A stretch of 64,000 nt of DNA from Octopus vulgaris (taxonomy: Eukaryota): assembly GCA_951406725.2 (NCBI GenBank), contig OX597826.1:29326001-29390000 (forward strand). Reading direction: 5' to 3'. Of the stretch, positions 62,773 through 64,000 are shown piece after piece. Both the position numbers and the translations under genes were made by a program. Position 1 is the stretch's first letter. Each line of letters starts with the position of its first letter. The notes below the pieces were generated by a model that ran no database searches, was not told the origin of the DNA, and saw only the letters and a program-made list of their open reading frames with translations.

Positions 62773-64000
62773 TAAAAATAAATGTAGGATTTACACGCCG
62801 ACCTTGTAAAGCCCTCACCAGCAGCAATTACCCAAATAGACCCCTGGTTTGGAGGGTTGCCTTTTTTGATCCTCCATTGTGGCCCCTTGATTGTCAACCA
62901 TTGAACAGAGAGAACTATAGCATTTCATCATGGCACCACCATTGGTGAGCTTACCTTGTTCGTTGTCGTCGTCTGGACGTTACTGTCAAAAGACATAGGA
63001 TTCGCAGGGCCTGTGCCCCAGTTTCCAATGTGTGTAAGTGACAGAGGGATCATAACATCCCCACTGAGTGGACTAAAGCAACATGAATGAAGGGTTTTGC
63101 TTACAAATAATATATACACCACCCTATCCAGGAATTGAAACTGGTTTTGTGGTATTGTGAGCGGAACACCCTAACCTCTAGGCAACACACCAGCACTTGG
63201 CGTGTTACTTACAAATAAATGAATTGTGACTAAAAATGACGACACTGGTTGAAACAGGTGAGGAAATATACTGGATCATTGAAAATATGTTAAATCATTT
63301 GAAAGTGTCATCTTAGTGTGTCCAGGTCAGTCAGTTGTGTAATCACATCGAAACACTTTATTATATTTATCATTTTGAGCTATTGATTTATATCACTCTG
63401 AACAACACTACATACAGCTGGGTGGATTGAATTGATGGCATTATTAAATGCCTGCTCTTCATGGCTGAAATAACAACGATGCTTGCAGAATACAAACTTG
63501 TCGCCTCAATATAGACTGAAATGATATAGCACGACTAAGAGGAAGAACCAGGTATGCGGTTGTCTCCCTTGATAATTATATCTTATACTGATTGATTGAA
63601 CAGCCAAATGATATCAATTTTTTATAAGAAAAACCCCGCAAAACAATGTGAGGTATAAGAAACACTACAAGTCGATGGTTTCTATTTTTTATCTTTTACC
63701 TCATTATTTTGCGGTTAGAATCCCCTTCTTTCGAGAAATCTTTGGAAATACGAGGTTGGAAGCTGACTTTTCTGTTCTGCTATTTATGTATAAAGAGAGC
63801 TATTTTGCATGTGCAAGATAAGATTGTTATTGTAACAAATAAGTAGTAAGCAATTCAGTTCTGTTGTTAATCTGTAATTTGGTCTTGCTAATGATGATGG
63901 CTCTTTTAGTCTCAGATTTCCTCTATTTCATTCTGTGGTGTCAGAAGAAACTTGGATGTCTTGGGTGGTTTTTTTTTTTTTGCTTGTTTGCCATTTATTT

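Overview
AT-rich, repeat-dense eukaryotic DNA. The repeat families and exon style suggest an octopus or other coleoid cephalopod (inference). The right half carries 13 in-frame coding exons (30490-61702, 1938 nt, 646 codons, + strand) of PWP2/UTP1, the WD40 small-subunit-processome protein. Its short first coding exon and its 3' exons were not found in the window. One PWP2 intron (47039-48251) has minor-spliceosome (U12-type) signals. The rest is a mosaic of mobile elements and repeats: a 5'-truncated RTE-clade LINE with an open RT ORF containing a PHD-like Zn finger, many RTE 3' tails, CR1 and L1/Tx1 fragments, at least four tRNA-derived SINE families (one forming head-to-tail trains), piggyBac, mariner and hAT MITEs, Helitron/Helentron elements, a 1.9 kb tandem duplication and long microsatellites. 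The most notable observations are: an intact type I hammerhead ribozyme inside a 297-bp-period retrozyme-like element, sense to PWP2 pre-mRNA; a tRNA-headed element with a Penelope-type hammerhead tail; the U12 intron; and two dense homotypic transcription-factor motif clusters (nuclear-receptor half-sites and E2-boxes). All calls were made by eye with no database searches. Exon numbers assume one short upstream coding exon, as in orthologues.
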